64,000 bases of DNA, from NCBI GenBank assembly GCA_963789905.1, contig CAWBMK010000001.1, positions 1,218,769 through 1,282,768 on the forward strand. Direction: 5' to 3'. Source of the stretch: an uncultured Chloroflexia bacterium. Lineage in GTDB: Bacteria > Chloroflexota > Limnocylindria > Limnocylindrales > CSP1-4. This document shows positions 55,859-64,000 of this stretch, in pieces. Position numbers and translations under genes: made by a program. Positions within the stretch are counted from its first letter, which is position 1, and each line of letters starts with the position of its first letter. The notes beneath the pieces are model-generated. The model searched no databases. It saw nothing but the letters and a program-made list of their open reading frames with translations, and had not been told where the DNA came from.

Positions 55859-56791
55859 GTGTCGCGATACGACTACCCGGACGCCTCCCTTGCGGTCGTT
55901 CAGCCTCTGACCGAGGAGCAGCTTGCTGCGCAGCGTGCCCGCAACGGCGAGAAGGTCCGTTTGGTCAACGGACGTTTCTGGCGAGAGACCCTTCGTGGAT
56001 TCTTCGAGCCGATCCACTGGCTCGCGCGTCTCGCGCCCACGGAAGCCACCCGACCGGCGCTCGCCTGGGGCTTCCGCGCCGCTCTCGACGACGAGGACAC
56101 CGCCGCCGCAAACGCAAGTCTCCCGCTTCACCTGATCGGCGACCTGTCGACATACGAGGAGTCGACGTTGCCCAGTGACGCCCGTCGAGCCATCCGGAGA
56201 CTTGCTCGCCAGGAAGTCCAGATCATCCAAGTTACCGACCCGCGGATCCTCCGGGACCAGGGCTATGACATCCTCCTGGACTGGCACCAGCGCGTCGGTC
56301 GGCCGGGGCCTCCCCTATCGCGCGACGAATACCTCAACGAGGCCGACAAGCGCGTGAATAGTGACGGGTGGCTGACGCTGGCAGCGATCGAGGGGAACCG
56401 CCTGCTGGGCTATCAGACGGCCTTCGCGGTCGACGATGTCGCCTACCTCCACGAGATCAAGGTGGCGACGGCCGTTCTCAGCAGAGGGCTCACCGCGGTG
56501 CTCGACTTCGAGGCCGTCAAGGCCTTCAAGCGGATCGACAGCGTGCGCCGGGCGACGATCGGACTGCACGAGCCGGAGAAACCCAGCCTGACCGCCTACA
56601 AGGTGCGTCATGGGTTTCCCGTCGTCCAGGTCCCGGCTCGCGTCTGGATGCTCAGACCGGCTGAGTTGTTCTTGCGATTGCGCAGCCCAATGGCGTATTA
56701 CCGGCTCACGGGCCGCGGTCTGATGAGCGTGATCGGCTCCATCACTGGAAGCGTCATCCTGACGGCGCTGGAGACCAAGGCGCCTCTGTGA
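55859..56791 (+). CDS. FemABX-like GNAT-fold protein, paralog copy 4 (subfamily A)
   Basis: GTG 55859 (AAGAGG upstream) within ORF 55802..56791. VSRYDYPDASLAVVQPLTEEQLAAQRARNGEKVRLVNGRFWRE...; about 85% identical to copy 3. Confidence 0.7.
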   Translation: MSRYDYPDASLAVVQPLTEEQLAAQRARNGEKVRLVNGRFWRETLRGFFEPIHWLARLAPTEATRPALAWGFRAALDDEDTAAANASLPLHLIGDLSTYEESTLPSDARRAIRRLARQEVQIIQVTDPRILRDQGYDILLDWHQRVGRPGPPLSRDEYLNEADKRVNSDGWLTLAAIEGNRLLGYQTAFAVDDVAYLHEIKVATAVLSRGLTAVLDFEAVKAFKRIDSVRRATIGLHEPEKPSLTAYKVRHGFPVVQVPARVWMLRPAELFLRLRSPMAYYRLTGRGLMSVIGSITGSVILTALETKAPL

Positions 56792-56995
56792 GCCCTGGCC
56801 TGGTGGAAGGTGGATTCGACCCGCCGGCGCATATGCCTGGGAGATAGCCTCAGGGTCGGAGGCCGCCGTCCCGGGCAGTGTCGCCGCGAGGATAGATCGG
56901 CGGCGGGGCCGACCGCTGGTCTACGCGTGGCCGCCCGCAGCCGTAACTACCGAGGTTGTAACCGAAACATCCGCGCTGCCGCTACCGGAGACCCT

Positions 56996-57892
56996 ATGTC
57001 CCGATATGACTACCCGGAGGTCTCAGAGGCGAGAGTCCGGCCTCTAACCGAGGAGCTGTTGGCCGCGCAGCGGTCACGACTGGGTCGCGTCGTACGCCAC
57101 AGACACGGACGTTGGTGGCAGGAGAGCAGGCGTGGCTTCTGGGAGGCCGTCCATTGGCTCGCTCGCATGAGCCCGGAGCAGGCCAAGCGGCCGGCTCTAT
57201 GTTGGGGGTATCGAGCGACCGTCGACGATCGAGCGAGCGGTTTGTCCAACGCCAGCTTGCCGATCCACCTCCTTACCGACGTTGCCCACTACAACGAGGC
57301 GCTCCTGCCGGAGCGGGCCCGCTACGACCTCCGGAAGCTTGCGCGGATCGGGGTCCGGATCGTTCGGGTGACAGACATGCAGATCTTCGGCGACCAGGGC
57401 TACGCGCTCCTTGCGGATTGGAGTCAGAGGATTCCCAGGAGGAATCTGGTCACGCCGAGCGAGGAGCGCTTCCTGGAAGAGATCGAACGGCGGCTCGGCG
57501 ATGAGAGCTGGCTGACTGTGGCTGCTCTCGACGGCGACACGCTACTCGGCTATGCCACCGGTTGGGCCGTTGACGATTGCGGATACATCAACGAGAACTA
57601 CGTCGGCTCGGCCGGCATCAAGCTCGGGTTGAGCAGCGCCCTCAATCACGAGATTGTCGAGGCGTTCAAGAGAACCGGTGGCGTGGCGAGGATCGGCTGC
57701 GGCCTCCACGATCCGAATGAGCCAGGCAGCACGAATTTCAAGATCCGCCACGGCTTCCCACTCGTCCTTGTGCCGGCCCGAGTATGGATGCTCAAGCCGG
57801 CCGAGATGATCTTCCGCGCACGCCGCCCGCTTGCCTACTATCGGATGACAGGTCGCGACATCCAGCGCGCCGCTGACGGGGCGGCGACGTAG
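56996..57892 (+). CDS. FemABX-like GNAT-fold protein, paralog copy 5 (subfamily B)
   Basis: ATG 56996 within ORF 56810..57892. MSRYDYPEVSEARVRPLTEELLAAQRSRLGRVVRHRHGRWWQE...WLTVAALDGDTLLGY...FKIRHGFPLVLVPARVWMLKPAEMIF. Groups with copy 2. Confidence 0.65.
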   Translation: MSRYDYPEVSEARVRPLTEELLAAQRSRLGRVVRHRHGRWWQESRRGFWEAVHWLARMSPEQAKRPALCWGYRATVDDRASGLSNASLPIHLLTDVAHYNEALLPERARYDLRKLARIGVRIVRVTDMQIFGDQGYALLADWSQRIPRRNLVTPSEERFLEEIERRLGDESWLTVAALDGDTLLGYATGWAVDDCGYINENYVGSAGIKLGLSSALNHEIVEAFKRTGGVARIGCGLHDPNEPGSTNFKIRHGFPLVLVPARVWMLKPAEMIFRARRPLAYYRMTGRDIQRAADGAAT

Positions 57893-58091
57893 GCCATCGG
57901 GGCCCAGGGTCGTCGGTCCTCCCTTAGCCCCAGGGATCCTGCGGGGTCCGCCTGCCGGCCGAATGGCGCCCCACCCGCGCGACATCGCCGAGCGCGCGGA
58001 GTTCGGTAATGCCATCGCCGCCTCCGCCCGCCCGAACACCCACCGAAGGGCTATCGAACGAGCAGAGATCGGGCCATAGAGCCGATTCCTA

Positions 58092-58167
58092 TGGTGGGGG
58101 AGGCTGGATTCGAACCAGCGACAAGGGGTGTATAAGACCCCTGCTCTAACCGCTGAGCTACTCCCCC
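58092..58167 (-). tRNA. tRNA with anticodon TAT (UAU; Ile by anticodon)
   Basis: Reverse complement GGGGGAG TA GCTC AGCGGTTA GAGC A GGGGT CTTATAC ACCCC TTGTC GCTGG TTCGAAT CCAGC CTCCCCC A CCA. 76 nt, canonical arm lengths, encoded CCA. Confidence 0.75.
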
Positions 58168-58212
58168 TACCCGGCCGATGCTACACCGGGCCAGGCCGGT
58201 GCGATCGAGGCG

Positions 58213-58539
58213 TCAGGTGCGAGAGCCGTTCCCGAGGAAGCGGGAGGTGAAGGACCGAACGCGGAGGCCGCGGGACTTGGACGTTGCCGGCGAGCTCTGA
58301 TCCTCGCGCCGGCCGCCCGCCGGAACCGCGACGAACGGCTGCGAGCGCAACTCGCGTGCGTGCTCAAGCTCGTCGCCATCGAGGAACACTTCGAGGGGGA
58401 GATCGTCGGGGTCGAGGGGACGGACAACCGTCATCAGCGTATGGCGCGGTGGTCGCGCATACGCGGGCTGGCCCATCAGTTTGGGCAGCGCGACGTGCTG
58501 CTCGTCGATCGCCACGATGACCCCTGTGTCCAATGTCAT
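58213..58539 (-). CDS. hypothetical protein (108 aa)
   Basis: C-terminal part of ORF 58213..59031 from ATG 58539 (MTLDTGVIVAIDEQHVALPKLMGQPAYARPPRHTLMTVVRPLDPDDLPLEVFLDGDELEHAREL...). Upstream part of the ORF is Arg-rich junk. Confidence 0.35.
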   Translation of the reverse strand: MTLDTGVIVAIDEQHVALPKLMGQPAYARPPRHTLMTVVRPLDPDDLPLEVFLDGDELEHARELRSQPFVAVPAGGRREDQSSPATSKSRGLRVRSFTSRFLGNGSRT

Positions 58540-58679
58540 TCCCCTACCCGGGTAGCCGGGCTTCGGGCCGGATGATAGCGGCGGCAGAATACAGGGGAAT
58601 GGTACGAACGGGCCACGGATGGTGCACCCGACGGGCCGCTTCGATGCCGTGCGCGGCGGTTCGGTGTCGTCTGGTGCGG

Positions 58680-59090
58680 TCAGCCAAGGATGGCCGGCCG
58701 GACGATCTGGAGGAGAACGACGAGGACGAGATAGGCGATCGGGATGGCCGCGAACAGACCGAGCGCCGCGCTCCACGCGCTTCGCCGCGGTCGTCCGCCC
58801 GCACCTGTCGGCTGGAGAACGACGAGGTACGTCCCGATCGCCCCCGCCGTCAGAACGACCACGACGTACAGGAACAGCATCGCCGGTCGGAGCGCGGCGG
58901 CGGCGGCGATGCGTCCAGTCGTCAGGGCGATGTCGACTGCGAGGTAGGCGACACCCACCACGACGGCGACGGCGACGCTGACTGCGACCGCCCGCACGAC
59001 GGGCCGCGGTGCGTTGCGGAACTGTCGCCACCTGACCTCGACGAATCCGCGCTGACGGATCGGCGGCCGTGGAGACGCGTCGGCGCTCAC
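58680..59090 (-). CDS. small 4-TM membrane protein
   Basis: ORF 58680..59090. RGFVEVRWRQFRNAPRPVVRAVAVSVAVAVVVGVAYLAV... Hydrophobic helices. Confidence 0.45.
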   Translation of the reverse strand: MSADASPRPPIRQRGFVEVRWRQFRNAPRPVVRAVAVSVAVAVVVGVAYLAVDIALTTGRIAAAAALRPAMLFLYVVVVLTAGAIGTYLVVLQPTGAGGRPRRSAWSAALGLFAAIPIAYLVLVVLLQIVRPAILG

Positions 59091-60308
59091 CCGAGGACGG
59101 TCAGGGTGCGCCGCGGCGGCAGGCTATCGGGTCGATGGCTGGCCAGGAGCTCGACGCCCTCGGCCAAGACGTCGAGCTCCGTTTCGGTCGTGAAGAAGGC
59201 CGGCGAGATGCGCAGCGCGTCGAGCGCAGGGATCGTCCGGGCAATGAGGAAGATCCTCGCCGACAGCTCCTCGAATGCCTCGGCGGCTGTCCAGCCCTCG
59301 ATCCGGAAGGTCACCAGGGTCGCCATGGCATCGGCCGGTGTCAGGATCGTCACGCCGGGGATCGCACCGAGCAGGTCGATTGCTCGAACTGCCATCGCGC
59401 GGCCGCGGGCATGGATCCAGTCGAGGCCGACATACATCGACAGCCAACCGATGCTTCGGGCAAGACCGACGACAGAGGGTCGGTGGAACATGTCGAACTC
59501 GAAGCGGCGCGCCGTCGACCACAATCGTCCCTCGGCCAACGACTCGAACGACGAGTATCCGGCGGTGACCTGGCGGGCCTCGGTCGCCGCCCGGGGAGAG
59601 GCCCACAAGCCTCCGATCCCCTCCGGCCCGAGCAACCATTTCTGACCGGCGAATGCGAAGAAGTCCGCGCCGAGCTCGTCCGGGGCGACCCGGATGGCGC
59701 CTGCCGATTGCGCTCCGTCGACGGCCACGAGGGCGCCTCGTTGTCTGGCGATCGCGGCGATCCTGGCGACCGGCAGGAGGCGGCCGGTCATCCACGAGAC
59801 GTGCGATATCGAGACGAGACGAGTGTCATCCCCGATCGCGGCGTCGAACGCCTGCGACGATCGCGTCGTCATCCTTGTCGTGCAGATCGACGAACCGGAC
59901 GTCGACGCCCCAGTCGTTCCGCAGAACGAACAGCGGCCCAAGCGCCCCCGGATGCTCCTCGGTCGTGGTCACCGCGCTCCCACCGCGACGCCAATCCGGC
60001 GCGAAGGTCGCCGCATTCATCCCCTGTGTCGTCGAGTGGACGAGGGCGACGCGATCAGGGTCGCTCGAGAGCAGGGCGGCCATGGTCCCGCGGGCTTCCT
60101 CGATCCGCTCCAGGACGTCGACGAACGAGTCCGGATGCCCGCGGCCGATGGCCAGCTCGTGCTCGGCTCGTTCGGCCATCGCCGCTCCCACTTCGGCCGG
60201 GATCGGTCCGGCCGTTCCGGTGTTCAGGTAGATGCCGGCGGACGTGGCAGGCAACGCATCGCGGATCGCGACGAGTCGTTCCGCGTCGGGCAGGTAGGGG
60301 GAAACCAC
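59087..60308 (-). pseudogene. class V aminotransferase / cysteine-desulfurase-like (SufS/CsdA family); apparent frameshift about 59830-59940
   Basis: N-terminal part in ORF 59826..60308 (GTG 60308; VSPYLPDAERLVAIRDALPATSAGIYLNTGTAGPIP...). C-terminal part in ORF 59087..59941 (...DDTRLVSISHVSWMTGRLLPVARIAAIARQRGALVAVDGAQSAGAIRV...FAGQKWLLGPEGIGGLW). The two frames overlap by about 115 nt. Confidence 0.6.
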
Positions 60309-60328
60309 GGCTCCCTATCATAGGCCGC

Positions 60329-61174
60329 GTGAGCGGCTACCTCCGACCGGAGATCCTCGCCACCACCGACTGGCTGGCCGAGACGCTCCGCCGAGGTGAG
60401 ATCCGGATCATCGATGCGCGCTGGCGCCCCGATGGGAGCGGAGCCGCCGTCCACGCTCGCGGCCACATCCCGGGCGCCGTCCATCTCGACTGGACCGAGG
60501 ACCTGGTCGAGCCCGACGAGGAGACGGGAGTCAACCGGCTGGCAGGTCCCGAGCGGGTTGCGGGACAGCTGCGGGCCACCGGCATCTCAGACGGGATGAC
60601 CGTGATCGTCTATGACGACGCGAACGGCCTCCACGCGGCTCGTGTCTGGTGGACCCTCCGAGCCTACGGTCTTGAGTCGGCCCGGATCCTCGACGGCGGC
60701 TACCCGGCCTGGGTCGCCGAAGGCCTGCCGGTGTCGAATGCGTCCGCCCCGCTGCAGGCGGGCTCGTTCACCCCGCGGGCGCAGTTGCGAGCGACGCTGA
60801 CGACGTCGGAGATCCGCCTGCTTCTCGGGTCGGATAGCGTCATCCTCGCCGATGCCCGGGCGCCGGCCGAGTACCTCGGACACGAGGGCACCTCGCGGCG
60901 ACTCGGTCACATCCCGGGTGCCGTGAACCTGCCCGCCGGCTACCTGACGACGCCTGGGAGCCAACGCCTTCGACCGGCGTCCGAGCTGCGCCGGATCCTG
61001 GCCAAGGTCGGGCTGGCCAAGGTCGGGCGACGCATCGTCTGCTACGACACGTCGGGCGTAGCCGCCGCTCGGCTCGCCTTCGTCCTCCTGCTCATGGGCC
61101 ACGTCGACGTCGCCGTCTACGAGGGCGGGTGGGCCGAATGGGGCGAGCGGCTGGACCTGCCGGTCGACCGCTGA
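60329..61174 (+). CDS. tandem-rhodanese thiosulfate/3-mercaptopyruvate sulfurtransferase (SseA-like)
   Basis: C-terminal 281 aa of ORF 59069..61174 from GTG 60329. Two rhodanese repeats; catalytic loop RIVCYDTSGVAAARLAF. The 5' 420 aa of the ORF are antisense to the aminotransferase gene. Confidence 0.75.
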   Translation: MSGYLRPEILATTDWLAETLRRGEIRIIDARWRPDGSGAAVHARGHIPGAVHLDWTEDLVEPDEETGVNRLAGPERVAGQLRATGISDGMTVIVYDDANGLHAARVWWTLRAYGLESARILDGGYPAWVAEGLPVSNASAPLQAGSFTPRAQLRATLTTSEIRLLLGSDSVILADARAPAEYLGHEGTSRRLGHIPGAVNLPAGYLTTPGSQRLRPASELRRILAKVGLAKVGRRIVCYDTSGVAAARLAFVLLLMGHVDVAVYEGGWAEWGERLDLPVDR

Positions 61175-61198
61175 GCGATCCGCCTGTCGGAGGAAGGG

Positions 61199-61765
61199 TC
61201 AGCCGGCCTGGGGCGAGTCCGGGTCCTCGATGACCGGCCGCGGGATGTCCGCCCACGGATCGACCACGGTGTACGGAGCGAAGATCTGCGCCCGCCGATG
61301 GTTCACCGCCAGCATGACCGCCGACATCCGCGACTCTCCGATCGTCTCGGACCAGTAGTTCGCATCGGTCACCGGGACGAACCGGCCGGTCAGGCTCGTG
61401 AGGCCGTCGCGGATGCTCGCCTCGACCGCCAGGTGGACGTAACCGATGACCTTGAACGGTGGGACGCTGACGAGCGCCTTCTGGGGCTCGCGGGGAATGC
61501 GCAGCTCGGGCAGCGGGGCGACCGGCGTGTCGCTGACCGCGAACAGGATCGAATCGAGGTTGACCTGGGCGAACTCCGCCCGGGTTGCCTCCGCTCGTGA
61601 GCCGAACTCGTCGATGACGACGTCCTCGAGAACCAGGAACCCGGTTTCTGCGCCGTTGAGCATGTCAGTGATCCGGTGCTGTCTCGTCGCCACGTGGCCA
61701 CGGATGACATACGCATCGGTGTACAAGGTGAGGTTGCGGCGCTCTTCGGGAACGACCTCGAACAT
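61199..61765 (-). CDS. hypothetical protein
   Basis: ORF 61199..61765. Natural composition. No family recognised. Confidence 0.45.
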   Translation of the reverse strand: MFEVVPEERRNLTLYTDAYVIRGHVATRQHRITDMLNGAETGFLVLEDVVIDEFGSRAEATRAEFAQVNLDSILFAVSDTPVAPLPELRIPREPQKALVSVPPFKVIGYVHLAVEASIRDGLTSLTGRFVPVTDANYWSETIGESRMSAVMLAVNHRRAQIFAPYTVVDPWADIPRPVIEDPDSPQAG

Positions 61766-61814
61766 GGACAGAGGATACGCCCGTCGGACAACCTCGTGAC
61801 GCTCGGTCCGATGA

Positions 61815-63527
61815 TCAGTCCGCGGACTGACCGGCCGAACGCGCGGCCGCCGTGACGAGGTGCTCGACGCCTGCCTGGAGCCCCTGGAAGATGGCCTCGA
61901 CGGTCGTCAGGGTGTCGATCTCCGAGGGATCCTTGTCGGTCCGAAGGCGCACGATGCGAGGGAACCGCAACGCGAATCCGCTCTTGTGGCGGGCCGATCG
62001 CATGATGACGTCGAAGGCGATCTCGACGACCACGACCGGCTCGACCTGGCGGTAGCGACCGAAACGCTGGATCGTGTGCGCCTCGAAGAAGCGGGTCATC
62101 TCGGCGATCTCGGCATCGGTCAGGCCGCTGTAGGCCTTGCCGATCGTGACCAGGTCACCGCTGGCGTCATCCCGGACGGCGAACGTGTAGTCGGAGAGCA
62201 CGCCATGACGCTTGCCGTGGCCGACCTCGACGCCGACGACGACACAATCGATGGTGGCCAGGGCCTTCTTCATCTTCAGCCAGCCCAGACCTCGTCGCCC
62301 GGGCGAGTAGACGCTGTCGGGGTCCTTGACCATCAGGCCCTCGTTGCGGCGCCCGCGTGCGTCGGCGAACGCCGACTCGAGGGCCTCGGCCGAATCGGCG
62401 GTCGCCATGTGGGACAGTGCGAAAGCTCCTCCCTCATTCGCGAGCGGGAGCCCCAGGCTCTCGAGCCGACGGCGGCGGACCGAGAGTGGCTCCTCGAGGA
62501 GCGGCTCGATGTTGCTGCCACGCGGCCCGTGGGCGAGCAGGTCGAACGCGACGTAGATGACCGGCACGTCGGCCCGGATCGCTGCCGACGGCGCCTTCCG
62601 GCCGAGCCGGGATTGGAGGGCCAGGAACGGCAACACGACCCCACCGCGCCAACCGAGGATCTCGCCATCGAGGATGCCGTTCCATTCGAGGACAGCCGCG
62701 GCCTCGATAATCTCGGGAAACGTCGTCGAGACATCGTGGAGGTCGCGCGAGTAGAGCCTGACCTCGCCACCGAGCTTGTGGAGCTGACAGCGGATCCCGT
62801 CGTACTTGTCCTCGACCCAGACGACCGGCCCGAGGCGCGCGACGATCTCGGCCGCATCCTCGGCCGGCGAGGCGAGCATGAACTTGAGCGGGTTGAACAG
62901 ACCGAGGCTGGCCTCGGCCAGCCGATCGTCCCGCGCCAGGGAAGCCGTCCGCCCGACGTCACCGGTCAGCATCCCTGCTCGCTTCACGTCGGCCAAGGGG
63001 CGGTCGAAGGCACGAGCGAGAGCGGATTCGAGAAGACCGTCGCGGAGCCCGATGCGCAGCTCGCCGCCCAGGATGCGGGCGATGTACTTCGCGGTCAGCG
63101 GGTTCGCTCGACGGATGAGATCGGCGAGAAGATCCGCCTTGGCCGCGGCGTTCGACGAGCGTTCGATGCTCGCGAAAACGTCGGCCACCTCGATGACGCT
63201 CGGGCCACCGTCCTCGGACCCCCGATGGCCGGCCGCCTCGAGGACGTCGGCCACGGCAAGTCCGAGATCGGAGTAGCGGTCGTATGCCCGGCCCAGAGCG
63301 TCGTCGTCGACTGAGGCGACCGCGATCACCGCGGCCCGGATCGATGCCCAGCCGAGACCGAGGGTCCTCTGGTCCGCCTGGGCGAATGTCCGGCCGGTCA
63401 GAAAGACGCAGCCGATCGACAGCGTCTCATCGTCTAGGGTCCGCAGGTAGTCGGCCAGGATGGACGCCTTCTCCGACGTCCTGGATGTGGCCGCAACAGC
63501 CTCGGCCGTCTCCGCCCAACGTTGCAT
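61815..63527 (-). CDS. ATP-dependent DNA ligase (LigB-type, with N-terminal DNA-binding domain)
   Basis: ORF 61815..63557. Start probably ATG 63527 (MQRWAETAEAVAATSRTSEKASILADYL...). Adenylation motif I KYDGIRCQ; motifs EGLMVK, DxVVVG..G.GKR; C-terminal OB domain. Confidence 0.85.
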   Translation of the reverse strand: MQRWAETAEAVAATSRTSEKASILADYLRTLDDETLSIGCVFLTGRTFAQADQRTLGLGWASIRAAVIAVASVDDDALGRAYDRYSDLGLAVADVLEAAGHRGSEDGGPSVIEVADVFASIERSSNAAAKADLLADLIRRANPLTAKYIARILGGELRIGLRDGLLESALARAFDRPLADVKRAGMLTGDVGRTASLARDDRLAEASLGLFNPLKFMLASPAEDAAEIVARLGPVVWVEDKYDGIRCQLHKLGGEVRLYSRDLHDVSTTFPEIIEAAAVLEWNGILDGEILGWRGGVVLPFLALQSRLGRKAPSAAIRADVPVIYVAFDLLAHGPRGSNIEPLLEEPLSVRRRRLESLGLPLANEGGAFALSHMATADSAEALESAFADARGRRNEGLMVKDPDSVYSPGRRGLGWLKMKKALATIDCVVVGVEVGHGKRHGVLSDYTFAVRDDASGDLVTIGKAYSGLTDAEIAEMTRFFEAHTIQRFGRYRQVEPVVVVEIAFDVIMRSARHKSGFALRFPRIVRLRTDKDPSEIDTLTTVEAIFQGLQAGVEHLVTAAARSAGQSAD

Positions 63528-63583
63528 CGATCCGGGATTGGCGGAGCCGTCGGGCACGGCGGGATGGTATACCTAGGCACCTC

Positions 63584-64000
63584 ATGCGCCCCCGACCCTG
63601 GTTCCCCGATGAATTGGCCGGCCAGTCGATCGTCCTGAGACGACATGTCCCGGGAAATCTCGGCGCCGTCCGTCGGTGGTACTCGGATCCGGAGATCGGC
63701 CGCCTGGCCCGTCGCGCCGAGTCGCCGATGACCCCCGACGAGATCGTGCGCTTCTTCGAACGCTACGTCATCGGGCCTGAGTCACTTGCCATGGCCGTAC
63801 ATGAGCGTCGGACGGGTCGGCTTATCGGATCATGCGCCTTCTCCGCGCTCGATCCCGACAACGGATCGGTGCTCTTCCATATCACCATCGGTGAGAAGGA
63901 CGCCTGGGGTCGGGGATACGGGACCGAGGCCACCCGCCTGATGCTCAGCCATGCCTTCACGACGCTCGGCCTTCACCGCATCGGTCTGACGGTGTTCGGT
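63584..64000 (+). CDS. GNAT family N-acetyltransferase (RimJ/RimL-like), 3' end beyond window
   Basis: Not in ORF track (edge). ATG 63584: MRPRPWFPDELAGQSIVLRRHVPGNLGAVRRWYSDPEIGRLA...LIGSCAFSALDPDNGSVLFHITIGEKDAWGRGYGTEATRLMLSHAFTTLGLHRIGLTVF. Confidence 0.65.
   Translation, partial: MRPRPWFPDELAGQSIVLRRHVPGNLGAVRRWYSDPEIGRLARRAESPMTPDEIVRFFERYVIGPESLAMAVHERRTGRLIGSCAFSALDPDNGSVLFHITIGEKDAWGRGYGTEATRLMLSHAFTTLGLHRIGLTVFG

Noticed and set aside
59069-60328. 5' 420 codons of ORF 59069..61174 (+)
   Set aside because: Antisense to the aminotransferase gene. The rhodanese homology starts at GTG 60329.
1-64000. CRISPR arrays, rRNA genes, insertion sequences
   Set aside because: No regularly spaced direct repeats, no rRNA-like conserved stretches, and no transposase-like ORFs were seen on either strand.

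Overview
High-GC (about 70%) actinobacterial-type chromosomal window, densely coding on both strands. Recognisable content (plus-strand coordinates): a polar amino-acid ABC importer (1-1507); a WYL-domain regulator followed by an SAMHD1/Dgt-like HD phosphohydrolase (3389-5868); a cNMP-signalling module of two class-III cyclases and a rhodanese beside a tRNA-Arg(TCG) gene (12241-16583); MFS exporter, ECF sigma/anti-sigma, MscS, MBL hydrolase and aquaporin (16836-23989); a GH130/GT4 glycan operon (30831-34283); cold-shock protein, beta-lactamase-fold hydrolase, GNAT, CPBP protease, DUF2252 protein and amidase (34132-40473); the pntAA-pntAB-pntB transhydrogenase operon (40533-43457); an AlaX-like editing protein; a large LAL (ATPase-LuxR) regulator divergent from a solitary DNA methyltransferase (46418-50580); an ATP-dependent DNA ligase (61815-63527). 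Most notable is a paralogous family of about 300-aa FemABX-like (GNAT-fold) proteins: five full copies at two loci, one of them frameshifted and preceded by a CTG, plus two gene fragments and one more distant member. At the second locus the copies bracket a BlaI/BlaR1-type repressor-peptidase pair. The distant member is translationally coupled to an asparagine-synthetase-like PP-loop protein, which is followed by a small Cys-rich ORF. Around tRNA-Arg there is a 38-nt duplicate of the tRNA 5' half 4.4 kb upstream, and four approximately 40-48-nt palindromic hairpins downstream, each containing the last 16 nt of the tRNA, at gene ends/starts between 18.7 and 24.0 kb. Also seen: two tandem 32-aa hydrophobic mini-ORFs with strong RBS next to the LAL regulator, a tRNA with anticodon UAU, a rhodanese gene remnant, and two apparently frameshifted genes (M28 peptidase, class-V aminotransferase) in addition to the frameshifted Fem-like copy. 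No integrase, transposase or CRISPR array was found.
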